Source of the DNA: Crocinitomicaceae bacterium
Lineage (GTDB): Bacteria > Bacteroidota > Bacteroidia > Flavobacteriales_D > Crocinitomicaceae
DNA length: 24,304 nt
Assembly (NCBI GenBank): GCA_044354735.1
Contig: JBIKZM010000001.1
Location: 1 to 24,304 of the forward strand
Direction of reading: 5' to 3'
The notes under the pieces were generated by a model that saw only the letters and a program-made list of their open reading frames with translations, was not told the origin of the DNA and made no database searches. Below are positions 7,895 to 16,135 of the stretch, one piece after another. Position 1 is the stretch's first letter. Every line of letters starts with the position of its first letter. A program made the translations under genes and the position numbers.

Positions 7895-9127
7895 ATGCGC
7901 AAACAATTTATCAAGAATATCAAAGGGCTAGTTCAAGCAGGTGAAGACCTGCCAATGGTGCTTCGCGGCGCTCAAATGAACCAATTACCACTCATCGAAA
8001 ATGCTTTCTTAGCACTCGAAGACAACGAAGTAATTGCCTATGGCCCGATGAACGAATGGCCAGGAATTACAGACTGGCGAGATGTCGAAGTCATTGACGC
8101 TACAAATTGCTTTGTATTGCCCGCATTCATCGATTCACACACGCATACCGTATTTGCCGCAAGCCGTGAAGAAGAATTTGTAGACCGGATCAACGGCCTG
8201 ACTTATGAGGAGATTGCTGCCAAAGGCGGCGGCATCCTCAATTCGGCCAAAAAACTCAACGAACTGTCAGAAGCTGCGCTCTACGCCGCTGCCTTCGAAC
8301 GCCTTCAAAAAATGCAGGCTGCCGGAACAGGCGCTGTCGAAATCAAATCGGGCTATGGCTTAAGTGTTGAGGGCGAACTCAAAATGTTGCGCGTCATCAA
8401 AAAGCTCAAAGAAACTGCGCCAATTTCCATTAAAGCTACTTTTCTAGGTGCGCATGCCATCCCTCAAGATTACAAAACCAAGCGCGAAGACTACATCGCA
8501 CTACTCATCAACGAAATGTTGCCGGCGATTGCAGCCGAACAACTCGCAGACTACATCGATGTTTTTTGCGAACGCAATTATTTCAGCACTGCAGAAATGG
8601 AGCAAATTTTAGATGCCGGCGCCAAATACGGGCTCAAGCCTAAGGTTCATGTCAATCAGTTTTCGGTGTTAGGTGGTGTGCCCGCAGCAATTGCCAAAGG
8701 CGCCATCTCAGTAGATCACCTCGAAGAGCTCGACCAACAAGACCTCGACGCTCTGGCCAAGAGCAATTGCGTTGCAACACTCTTGCCGGGCTGTTCGCAT
8801 TTCTTATCCATTCCATTTGGAGCCGCCAAAGAGCTCATGGCTGCAAATGCTATAGTAGCCCTTGCCAGTGATTTCAATCCGGGTTCTTCCCCGAGTTATG
8901 ACCTCATGCACGTACTCTCTTTGGCTTGCATCAAGATGAAAATGACGCCAGAGGCAGCTATCAACGCCCTCACTATCAATGCTGCTGCTGCACTAGAGCT
9001 CGGGCAAACCCATGGCAAAATTGCTTTGGGCAGAAAATCACCTATTCTTTTGACCAACGAGCTGCCTTCATTGGCTTATTTAGCTTATGCCTACACAGAA
9101 AAACACATTCAACGTGTTTTTATTTGA
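7895..9127 (+). CDS. hutI: Imidazolonepropionase
   Basis: Amidohydrolase motifs PAFIDSHTH, GGGILNS, EIKSGYGL, TFLGAH, DVFCE, KVHVNQF, SVDHLE, ASDFNPGS. ATG 7895 is preferred over GTG 7883. Confidence 0.93.
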   Translation: MRKQFIKNIKGLVQAGEDLPMVLRGAQMNQLPLIENAFLALEDNEVIAYGPMNEWPGITDWRDVEVIDATNCFVLPAFIDSHTHTVFAASREEEFVDRINGLTYEEIAAKGGGILNSAKKLNELSEAALYAAAFERLQKMQAAGTGAVEIKSGYGLSVEGELKMLRVIKKLKETAPISIKATFLGAHAIPQDYKTKREDYIALLINEMLPAIAAEQLADYIDVFCERNYFSTAEMEQILDAGAKYGLKPKVHVNQFSVLGGVPAAIAKGAISVDHLEELDQQDLDALAKSNCVATLLPGCSHFLSIPFGAAKELMAANAIVALASDFNPGSSPSYDLMHVLSLACIKMKMTPEAAINALTINAAAALELGQTHGKIALGRKSPILLTNELPSLAYLAYAYTEKHIQRVFI

Positions 9128-9128
9128 T

Positions 9129-9136
9129 TAACTTTG
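9129..9136 (+). promoter_or_regulatory. -7 promoter element upstream of the TraB/GumN gene
   Basis: TAACTTTG sits in the 14-nt hutI/traB gap, 5 nt before ATG 9142. No clear -33 box. Confidence 0.5.
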
Positions 9137-9141
9137 AATAC

Positions 9142-10362
9142 ATGCGTATGGCACTCTTTTTACTGGCTTTACTGAGCTCCAATTTTGGACTGACACAACT
9201 CGTAGCGCTCGATAAAGAGCTCTTATGGGAGGTGAGCAACCCAAAATCAGGTGTAAAATCTTACCTATTTGGCACCCTTCATGCCAACAATCGCGAACTT
9301 TTTGAACTTTCCGATAGCGTCTATTTTGCATTTGACCAAGCGCAAAAAATTGTACTCGAGACCGACATATACAGTCTTTTCTCAACAATGGACACCCGTA
9401 AAAACTTGCCCGAAACACGCTTTGATGACAAAGGCAAGTCTTACACAAGTCTCATCATGACCTCCCAAACCCTCTACGGAACTGAAGATGGCATGCCGCA
9501 GTTTTTAGATGCCTATTTTCAAGTTCTCGGGCTTCAATTAGGCAAAGAAACCATTGCGCTCGAAAAAGTTGAAGAACAATACGCCTTATCCAATGAATTT
9601 AAGCTCAGCGAGCGCCGCATCCTCGACAACCAAATCAATGCTTTCACACAAGAAAAGTTGCTCGAACTTTATTTGCGCGGAGACCTCGATGCATTGCAGC
9701 GCTTCATGAAATCCTACCTTTCTGTTCAAGAAAACCTCTACAATGAAGTGATTGTAAAGCGCAACCTACTTATGCTCGATAAACTTTTAGAGTTGCTTAA
9801 AGCACCGCAATCTTTCTTTTGCGCAGTGGGTGCAGGTCATTTAGGTGGCGAAGAAGGGCTCTTGCAACTGCTGCGCGCACGCGGCTACAAAGTGCGCCCG
9901 GTTCGCTGGACGATCAGCTCAGAAGCGCCACAAAGTAAGCGCTTGATCAAAAAACAAACTGAATCCATATACAGAGATCAAAAATCTGGTTTAATCTCCA
10001 AGTTTCCGGGCAAACCGCTTGCGCTCAGCCTGCCCGACGGCTCCCTAAAACTCATTTACCGCGAGCTCGGCCAAGGCAATACCTTTGAAATCAATATTCA
10101 ACTCCGAGACACCACTATTTCGGCAGAAGAAATCGCCAGCATATATATCAACCCGCCCGCCGGAGCGACCATGACCAAAAAAACATTACAAGACGGCTCA
10201 GTTGTCTTTCAAGGCTTATCTGACACCTACCCAGAAGGCCTCAATTATGTTCAAATTCAATTTGGCGCCAACTACTTTGCCATCATCAAATCATACGGCG
10301 GACACAAATTCATGCATTCCAATAGGCCTTTTTCCTTTTTTGAAAAGGTTTGGTTCGAATAA
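9142..10362 (+). CDS. TraB/GumN (TIKI-like) family protein with C-terminal extension
   Basis: Signal peptide MRMALFLLALL, then LLWEVS...SYLFGTLH...VLETD...KRN...AVGAGHLGGEEGLLQLLRARGYKV (TraB motifs), plus about 150 extra C-terminal residues. The ORF-track start at 8926 overlaps hutI and is rejected. Confidence 0.82.
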   Translation: MRMALFLLALLSSNFGLTQLVALDKELLWEVSNPKSGVKSYLFGTLHANNRELFELSDSVYFAFDQAQKIVLETDIYSLFSTMDTRKNLPETRFDDKGKSYTSLIMTSQTLYGTEDGMPQFLDAYFQVLGLQLGKETIALEKVEEQYALSNEFKLSERRILDNQINAFTQEKLLELYLRGDLDALQRFMKSYLSVQENLYNEVIVKRNLLMLDKLLELLKAPQSFFCAVGAGHLGGEEGLLQLLRARGYKVRPVRWTISSEAPQSKRLIKKQTESIYRDQKSGLISKFPGKPLALSLPDGSLKLIYRELGQGNTFEINIQLRDTTISAEEIASIYINPPAGATMTKKTLQDGSVVFQGLSDTYPEGLNYVQIQFGANYFAIIKSYGGHKFMHSNRPFSFFEKVWFE

Positions 10363-10379
10363 GTCAATCAGATAGGCGC

Positions 10380-13178
10380 ATGAAATTTCTGGATCAACTA
10401 GCCAAAGACATCCTCCAAAAAGGACACGACCCCAAAAACTTAACCGTTCTATTGCCCTCAGAACGCGCCAAACGCTATTTACTCAATGCGCTTTTTACGG
10501 CCAACAACGGGCCGTTAATTTCACCACACATTCTCACTATAGACCAGTGGGTAGCAACCTTATGTGGGCAAGACATCCTGCACCCCACCAAAGCGCTACT
10601 CGAACTCTATAAGATTTATCAAACTACGCTCAAAGAAGCAGCGCTTTCTTTTGAAGATTACCTCACTTGGGGGCCCATTCTGCTCTCCGACTTCGATGAT
10701 GTCGATCGTTATTTAGTGGATCACCAACAACTTTACAAAAACTTAGCTTCCATTAAAGCGCTTGAAAGCTGGCAAATCGATGAAGAATCTTACTCTGCTT
10801 CGCAAAAAAAATTCATGGAGTTTTGGGAACTCATTCCGCAGCTTCACGAAGCCCTACAGCTCAGGTTTAAAGAACTCAACGGCTGCAGCAAGGCGCAGGC
10901 CTACCGACAACTCGCCGAAAATCCAGTGCAGTATTTTGAAGAAAATATGCACTATCTTTTTGTCGGATTCAATGCTTTATCTGCAGCAGAGCAGCGCATC
11001 ATCAAATACCTCATCGATAAAAAACAAGCTGAATTCATCATCGATTCAGACCAATTCTACCTCAACAACAAATTTCACGAAGCCGGCCACTTTCAGCGCA
11101 AGAATTTGCAGTTTTTTGGCCAAAAGCAACCCGAAAACTTGCGCAACGCACTGCAAACCGCTAGTTATAAAGTAAAAGTTATTGAATGCGCCCAACATAT
11201 CGGACAAGTGAAGGTGTTGGCCACCGAATTACTAGAAAACCCAGTTGCTGATTGGAGTGAAGTCTTGGTATTGCTGGCAGACGAAGATTTGGTTCACGCC
11301 GCTATTCGAAATATCCCAAAAATAGTGGGGCAAGCAAACATTACACTTGGGTTACCGCTCGATCAAACCCCAGTTAGAACTTGGGTAGACCTCTGCTTTC
11401 AGCTTCAAGAAAACCAACTCAAATTCAAGACAAAAGCCCTCTATTACAAAGATTTTCAGCGGTTTTGTCACCATGCTTTTACCACCCTAGCATTTGACCA
11501 AAACCAACAAAAGCTTCTGGCAGCAGCAGAATACAAAACAATCAAAAATAACCGCGTTTTTCAGAACGTAGATCAGCTCCAGCTAGACCCACAACTACTT
11601 GAACTCATCCGTATTCTAGCTACTTCCTGGGATTCAGATTGGCAGAAAGCCATCCAACAATTGCGCAAACTCAATAGCATCTTGTTGGAATACATTCCAG
11701 CAGCCAACGATTTTGAACGCACCGCGTTGCTCTCATTTGAACTTGCATGTCGACAATTTGAAATATTTGTCGATGCCGATTTTCCAAAAATGGCGCTGAG
11801 CAGCTTCAAAAAATTATTTTACCAGCACTGGACGCGCAGCAACCTCGCCTATCTTGGTAGCCCAACTGCGGGCTTGCAGCTTACGGGTTTACTCGAAACG
11901 CGCTTACTAGACTTCGAACGCATTTATGTGCTCGGTATGAACGAAGGCAAGTTGCCCCCTACCAACCCGATCCAGAGTATTATCCCTATGGACCTGCGCG
12001 CAGCGTTTGGCATGCCCAACAACCGTGATAAACAAGGTCTATTTGCCCAACATTTTTACAGATTACTCCACCATGCGCGCGAGTTGGTTTTCACTTATAC
12101 CTCAACAAGTGAGGTGTTGGGGAGTCATGAGCGCAGCCGTTACCTCTTGCAACTCAAAATGGAGTGGATGCAACAAAACCAACACAGTACTTGGGAAGAA
12201 TTTTTCTACCAAATTCCTGCCTCCGAACAAAGCAGCACACAAACGCTCATTCCAAAGACACCCGACATACAAGCGCGCATCAAGACCTATTTAGCGGGGA
12301 ATGTATCTGCTTCAGCACTGCGCAAATACATCACTTGCCCCCTCGATTTCTACTATCGCTATGTTGTGGAGTTCGGCGAAGAAGACGAAGTAGAAGAAGA
12401 CTTAGCCTCCAGCACATTTGGGTCGCTCATTCACAACTGCTTGGAAGAGCTCTATACTCCTTATGCGCAACGCGACAAACATAGTGTGCTGGTTGAGCCT
12501 GCGCCGGGCCCCTTAACAGAAAAAGCACTTTCGCAAATGCTCACCACCTATCCGGCGGTCTTGCGCAAATATTTCTTGAATTACTTTGACCAAAATGAAA
12601 CCCTCTTTGCGCGTGGCAAAAACTTACTCAGCTTTGAAATGGCTCTTGACCTCACTAAACAAATGTTGCTCAAAGAACTCGCATTTGTCAAGTCACTTCA
12701 AGAGCCGCTATATATTATCCAACTAGAAGCCAAATTTGAGCTGTCTCAATCTGTTGAAATCGATCAAGAAGCCCTCGCAGTACATTTTGTCGGCTATATT
12801 GACCGCATTGACTGCATTGGCCACAACCACTACCGCGTGATTGACTACAAATCAGGAAAGGTAAAAGAAGTCGATGTCAAAATGAGTAGCAAAGAGGACT
12901 CCTATACCAACTTTACCAAACCAAAACACGCGCTGCAGCTCTGTTTATACAGTATGTTCTTTAAAGAAAATTTTGGGCACTTGCCAGCAGAAGCTCGGAT
13001 AGAATCGCTGATCAATCGCGACGACGACTTCGGGTTGTGCATGGATAAAAACCCAGATTTAACCTTTGTTCCTGCCCTTTTTGAGGAAGGAGTCCGGACG
13101 CTTGTTTCAGCGCTTCTTGATGCTGAAACTGAATTTTCTCATGAACAACAAGCGCAGTATTGCCAGTTTTGTACATAA
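10380..13178 (+). CDS. PD-(D/E)XK nuclease family protein, AddB/RecB-like (inactive helicase-like N-terminus plus nuclease domain)
   Basis: MKFLDQLA start, VLLPSERA, VGFNALS, GLLETRLLDFE...GMNEGKLP, SASAL...CPLDFYYRY, TFGSLIH, GYIDRID...IDYKSG and LQLCLY nuclease motifs. Confidence 0.85.
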   Translation: MKFLDQLAKDILQKGHDPKNLTVLLPSERAKRYLLNALFTANNGPLISPHILTIDQWVATLCGQDILHPTKALLELYKIYQTTLKEAALSFEDYLTWGPILLSDFDDVDRYLVDHQQLYKNLASIKALESWQIDEESYSASQKKFMEFWELIPQLHEALQLRFKELNGCSKAQAYRQLAENPVQYFEENMHYLFVGFNALSAAEQRIIKYLIDKKQAEFIIDSDQFYLNNKFHEAGHFQRKNLQFFGQKQPENLRNALQTASYKVKVIECAQHIGQVKVLATELLENPVADWSEVLVLLADEDLVHAAIRNIPKIVGQANITLGLPLDQTPVRTWVDLCFQLQENQLKFKTKALYYKDFQRFCHHAFTTLAFDQNQQKLLAAAEYKTIKNNRVFQNVDQLQLDPQLLELIRILATSWDSDWQKAIQQLRKLNSILLEYIPAANDFERTALLSFELACRQFEIFVDADFPKMALSSFKKLFYQHWTRSNLAYLGSPTAGLQLTGLLETRLLDFERIYVLGMNEGKLPPTNPIQSIIPMDLRAAFGMPNNRDKQGLFAQHFYRLLHHARELVFTYTSTSEVLGSHERSRYLLQLKMEWMQQNQHSTWEEFFYQIPASEQSSTQTLIPKTPDIQARIKTYLAGNVSASALRKYITCPLDFYYRYVVEFGEEDEVEEDLASSTFGSLIHNCLEELYTPYAQRDKHSVLVEPAPGPLTEKALSQMLTTYPAVLRKYFLNYFDQNETLFARGKNLLSFEMALDLTKQMLLKELAFVKSLQEPLYIIQLEAKFELSQSVEIDQEALAVHFVGYIDRIDCIGHNHYRVIDYKSGKVKEVDVKMSSKEDSYTNFTKPKHALQLCLYSMFFKENFGHLPAEARIESLINRDDDFGLCMDKNPDLTFVPALFEEGVRTLVSALLDAETEFSHEQQAQYCQFCT

Positions 13179-13207
13179 AAAAACCTGGAAGGTAATTCCA
13201 GGTTTTT
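13177..13207. terminator. Bidirectional intrinsic terminator between convergent genes
   Basis: Perfect 12-bp stem AAAAACCTGGAA (13179-13190) / TTCCAGGTTTTT (13196-13207) with a 5-nt loop. T5 tail on +, T7 tail on - (A-run 13177-13183). Confidence 0.85.
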
Positions 13208-13283
13208 CTGCAAGATAATTAAAACCAAAATGAACAATGACTTGCTCTTTTGCTAAAGACGAGCGTCAGTGTAAAATGGTTGC

Positions 13284-13643
13284 TTAGTATAATTCTAATT
13301 TGAGTGCTGAACGGTAATCTTTGATTTCTTCGCGGTTGATTTTATGTTCTGCGTTTTTGAGAAGGTTCATGAAATAAAGGAGGTTTTCTTTGTCCTCGAT
13401 TTCAATAGGATATTCGTTGCCTTCTTCATCTTCTTCGTATTGCGCCTCAACATCAAAACAATTGTTTTCTTGAAGAAACTCATAAGTAAGACGCAAAGAT
13501 TTTACCACCAACGGATCTTGTTCGAGCAAAGCCATTTCTCTGAGCTCTTTGAGTTCGTCTATCAATTTGGGAGCTTCTAGGCCCTTCTCTTCGATATTAG
13601 CAATGATTTGTTCAAGTTTTTGGTTGGCGCGCAAAGTTTTCAT
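13284..13643 (-). CDS. Hypothetical protein, 119 aa, alpha-helical with an acidic loop
   Basis: From ATG 13643: MKTLRANQKLEQII...LRE.ALLEQDPLVVKSLRLTYE...EEDEEGNEY...ENLLYFMNLL...EIKDYRSAL. It has its own -7 box and downstream terminator. The ORF-track start at 13736 lies upstream of the -7 box. Confidence 0.8.
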   Translation of the reverse strand: MKTLRANQKLEQIIANIEEKGLEAPKLIDELKELREMALLEQDPLVVKSLRLTYEFLQENNCFDVEAQYEEDEEGNEYPIEIEDKENLLYFMNLLKNAEHKINREEIKDYRSALKLELY

Positions 13644-13661
13644 GTTCTCTAAATTGAGCAA

Positions 13662-13669
13662 CAAATTTA
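13662..13669 (-). promoter_or_regulatory. -7 promoter element for the 119-aa hypothetical gene
   Basis: Minus strand TAAATTTG, 18 nt before ATG 13643. The -33 box is weak. Confidence 0.55.
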
Positions 13670-13743
13670 GTGCATTTCCTGAAATAAACATCGCGCTGTC
13701 CGTAACATTAGTCCACTTCAAGCATTTCTTGTACATTAAAAGC

Positions 13744-13751
13744 TATTTTTG
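13744..13751 (+). promoter_or_regulatory. -7 promoter element for the LysE gene
   Basis: TATTTTTG, 4 nt before ATG 13756. Confidence 0.5.
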
Positions 13752-13755
13752 TTCA

Positions 13756-14418
13756 ATGGATACAGTGTTCCACGCGTTTTCTATCGGCCTTATCTTATCC
13801 TTGATCCCAGGGCCTGTGTTTTTTGTTTTGCTCGAGAACAGCATTACCAAAGGCATCAGAAGCGCATTGGCCATTGATTTTGGCGTCATGCTAAGCGATA
13901 TCGTATATATTCTCTTATCCGTTCTGTTTGTCGAACAAATCAATTCTTTACTGACCGGTAAAAACAAAGAACTTTTTGATGTGCTTGGCGGGCTCATTTT
14001 TATCGCTTTCGGGATTGTCAATTTGCTCAAGAAATCAAAAATGCACAACGGCGACCAAGAATTAGAAGAAGTCACTGAAAAATACCATCTCAAAGAAAGC
14101 AAAGACCCCAAAAAGAATTTTGGACTTATGATTGCCAAAGGGTTCTTGCTCAACTTCGCCAACCCACTCGTTATCTTTTACTGGTTAAGTGTAGCCTCGG
14201 TAGCCAAACGAGAAAGCCCCGACGACAGCAATAGTTTCTTGTTTATATTTTTAGGAATCATCCTTGCCACCTTCATTTCTTTTGATGTTCTCAAAATCAT
14301 CACCGCCAAAAAAATACGCAATTTAGTAACGCATAAACTACTTAATTTGCTCAATAAATTGATTGGAAGCGTCTTTATTGGGTTTGGCCTATTTTTCATT
14401 TTTCGCGTTATTTTCTAG
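13756..14418 (+). CDS. LysE/RhtB family transporter
   Basis: From ATG 13756: GLILSLIPGPVFFVLLENSITKG...G..LSD and GFLLNFANPLVIFYW, with several hydrophobic helices (LysE PGP and NP motifs). Confidence 0.88.
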   Translation: MDTVFHAFSIGLILSLIPGPVFFVLLENSITKGIRSALAIDFGVMLSDIVYILLSVLFVEQINSLLTGKNKELFDVLGGLIFIAFGIVNLLKKSKMHNGDQELEEVTEKYHLKESKDPKKNFGLMIAKGFLLNFANPLVIFYWLSVASVAKRESPDDSNSFLFIFLGIILATFISFDVLKIITAKKIRNLVTHKLLNLLNKLIGSVFIGFGLFFIFRVIF

Positions 14419-14425
14419 GGCTATC

Positions 14426-16135
14426 ATGCGCACAACAATATTTATCCTATTCATTTGTCTGTTGAGCACTGTTTTTGGACAAGACGTAAAAGTGCTTAAA
14501 GAAAACCTCAGCCCCAAGGTGCGTATCTTTTGGGATGCGCAAAATAAACACATGCAGGGCTATGGCGCGTATTTTACGAGTATCGCCACACCCCAAACAA
14601 CCGAGAAGCACGGCAAATGGCTCTTTTATGCTTATGACGGTATCTTGGAGGAAGAAGCCAATTACTACCGCAATCGGCTCCATGGCAAACGCAGCTTTTA
14701 CTATCCCAATAAACAATTGAAACAAGAATCTTATTTCAAATTTAATGTCCCTGACTCTATTTATCGCGAATATACCTCAGATGGTAAAATTCAAGTCCGT
14801 GGACAATTTGAACTAGGGAGCCCCGTCGGGATTTGGGAATATTTCTACGCAGACGGGCACCCTAAATCAATTGAAAAGGTGCAAAATGACACCGTTTACC
14901 TTCAAGCTTTTTGGAAAGAAGACAGCAAGCATCAACAAACCATCAAAGATGGAAATGGTCAAATCATCAACTATTTTGTAGACGGCACCGTCAAAGAATT
15001 ATATACTTTTCAAGATGGCTTAAAAACCGGTCCTTTTGAAGAGCGCACGGCCAATGGCGTATTATCCGTTGGAGGATTTTTTCAAAAAGGGAAGAAAGAT
15101 GGTGTTTGGGAATTCTACCGCTTTGATGGCATGCTAGAGAAAAGAGTTGCTTACCGTTCCGACTCCTTAAATGGCGTTTATCTTGTAATGGCTAACGACA
15201 CCGACACACTTCATTTTGGATATTACAGCATGGGCTTAAAAACCCAACATTGGAAGTGGTTTACGGAAGAAGGCAAGTTGGATATGGAAGGCTACTTTGA
15301 CAAAGGCAAACAAGATAGCATTTGGCATTATTACTTCTCCAACGGACAGCTCTCTTACGTTGCGCACTTTCAAGCTGACTTGCGCAGCGGTAATTGGACT
15401 TACTATTATCCAAATGGTGCGTTGTATCGCACGGGAAGTTACCTCAAGGACTTACGCACTGGTATTTGGCAAACTTGGTATGAAGATTCTACGCTTTTAA
15501 TGAGTGGTCGGTACACCAATGGAAAAGAAGAAGGCGAATGGCTCAATTACTGGGAAAGCGGGCGTCTCAAAGACAAAACCACTTTTCATGAAGGCCTGCT
15601 AGATGGTGCTTGGGAATCTTTCGCGCCCGATGGCGTGCTCAAACTAAAGGGTACTTACAAAGCTGGCCATAAAGTTGGTGAATGGACGGGCTATTTCAAC
15701 AATGGTCGGATCAAAGAGAAGCAACACTACAAAGTTTTCACCCAAAAGAACGTAGCCGATGGCATAGCTATTATGGGGCTCAAAGAAACGGTAAGCGACT
15801 TTCATGGTTCGTATGAAGCGTATTCTCAAGTAGATTACCAAATCAAAGAAACCGGCAAATACTATCACGGGCTCAAGCATGGCACCTGGACCAACTATTA
15901 TCCCGGAGGTGTGGTGCCCACTATTGTAGCACAATACCAATATGGCAGATTACATGGTGTTTTCAAGCAATACGATCGCTATGGCAGACTCGTTTATGAA
16001 ATCCACTACAAACGTGGACTCAAAGACGGACCGTTTTATGCCTTCAATGAAAATGGACAGCTGATCAGTAAGAAAATGTTCAGGATGGGTAAAGAACTTG
16101 GCGCACAAAACCAAGATAGCTTTAGTCCTTATTAA
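14426..16135 (+). CDS. Exported MORN-variant repeat protein (YwqK-like family)
   Basis: Signal peptide MRTTIFILFICLLSTVFGQ, then about 20 repeats of roughly 24 aa of type [KR]xGxWxxYYxNG (e.g. LRSGNWTYYYPNG, KEEGEWLNYWESG). Confidence 0.85.
   Translation: MRTTIFILFICLLSTVFGQDVKVLKENLSPKVRIFWDAQNKHMQGYGAYFTSIATPQTTEKHGKWLFYAYDGILEEEANYYRNRLHGKRSFYYPNKQLKQESYFKFNVPDSIYREYTSDGKIQVRGQFELGSPVGIWEYFYADGHPKSIEKVQNDTVYLQAFWKEDSKHQQTIKDGNGQIINYFVDGTVKELYTFQDGLKTGPFEERTANGVLSVGGFFQKGKKDGVWEFYRFDGMLEKRVAYRSDSLNGVYLVMANDTDTLHFGYYSMGLKTQHWKWFTEEGKLDMEGYFDKGKQDSIWHYYFSNGQLSYVAHFQADLRSGNWTYYYPNGALYRTGSYLKDLRTGIWQTWYEDSTLLMSGRYTNGKEEGEWLNYWESGRLKDKTTFHEGLLDGAWESFAPDGVLKLKGTYKAGHKVGEWTGYFNNGRIKEKQHYKVFTQKNVADGIAIMGLKETVSDFHGSYEAYSQVDYQIKETGKYYHGLKHGTWTNYYPGGVVPTIVAQYQYGRLHGVFKQYDRYGRLVYEIHYKRGLKDGPFYAFNENGQLISKKMFRMGKELGAQNQDSFSPY

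Noticed and set aside
8926-9141. 72-codon 5' extension of the TraB/GumN ORF overlapping hutI
   Set aside because: It has no protein-like features. A signal peptide and a -7 box both point to ATG 9142.
13176-13213. In-frame Cys downstream of the AddB-like stop (possible readthrough completing the Fe-S site)
   Set aside because: The stop is TAA (not a Sec/Pyl codon), the Cys spacing is non-canonical, and the sequence forms the terminator stem.
13230-13256. Tiny ORF MNNDLLFC*
   Set aside because: It lies just downstream of a terminator, has no promoter box, and is only 8 codons long.
13549-13755. 5' extension of the LysE ORF and reciprocal extension (to 13736) of the 119-aa gene
   Set aside because: They overlap each other antisense and run across both -7 boxes. 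LysE homology starts at ATG 13756.
14363-14425. Upstream TTG start for the MORN gene inside LysE
   Set aside because: The signal peptide begins at ATG 14426.
14426-16135. Toxin-antitoxin locus
   Set aside because: There is no toxin gene nearby and the protein has a signal peptide; the YwqK label reflects only the repeat family.
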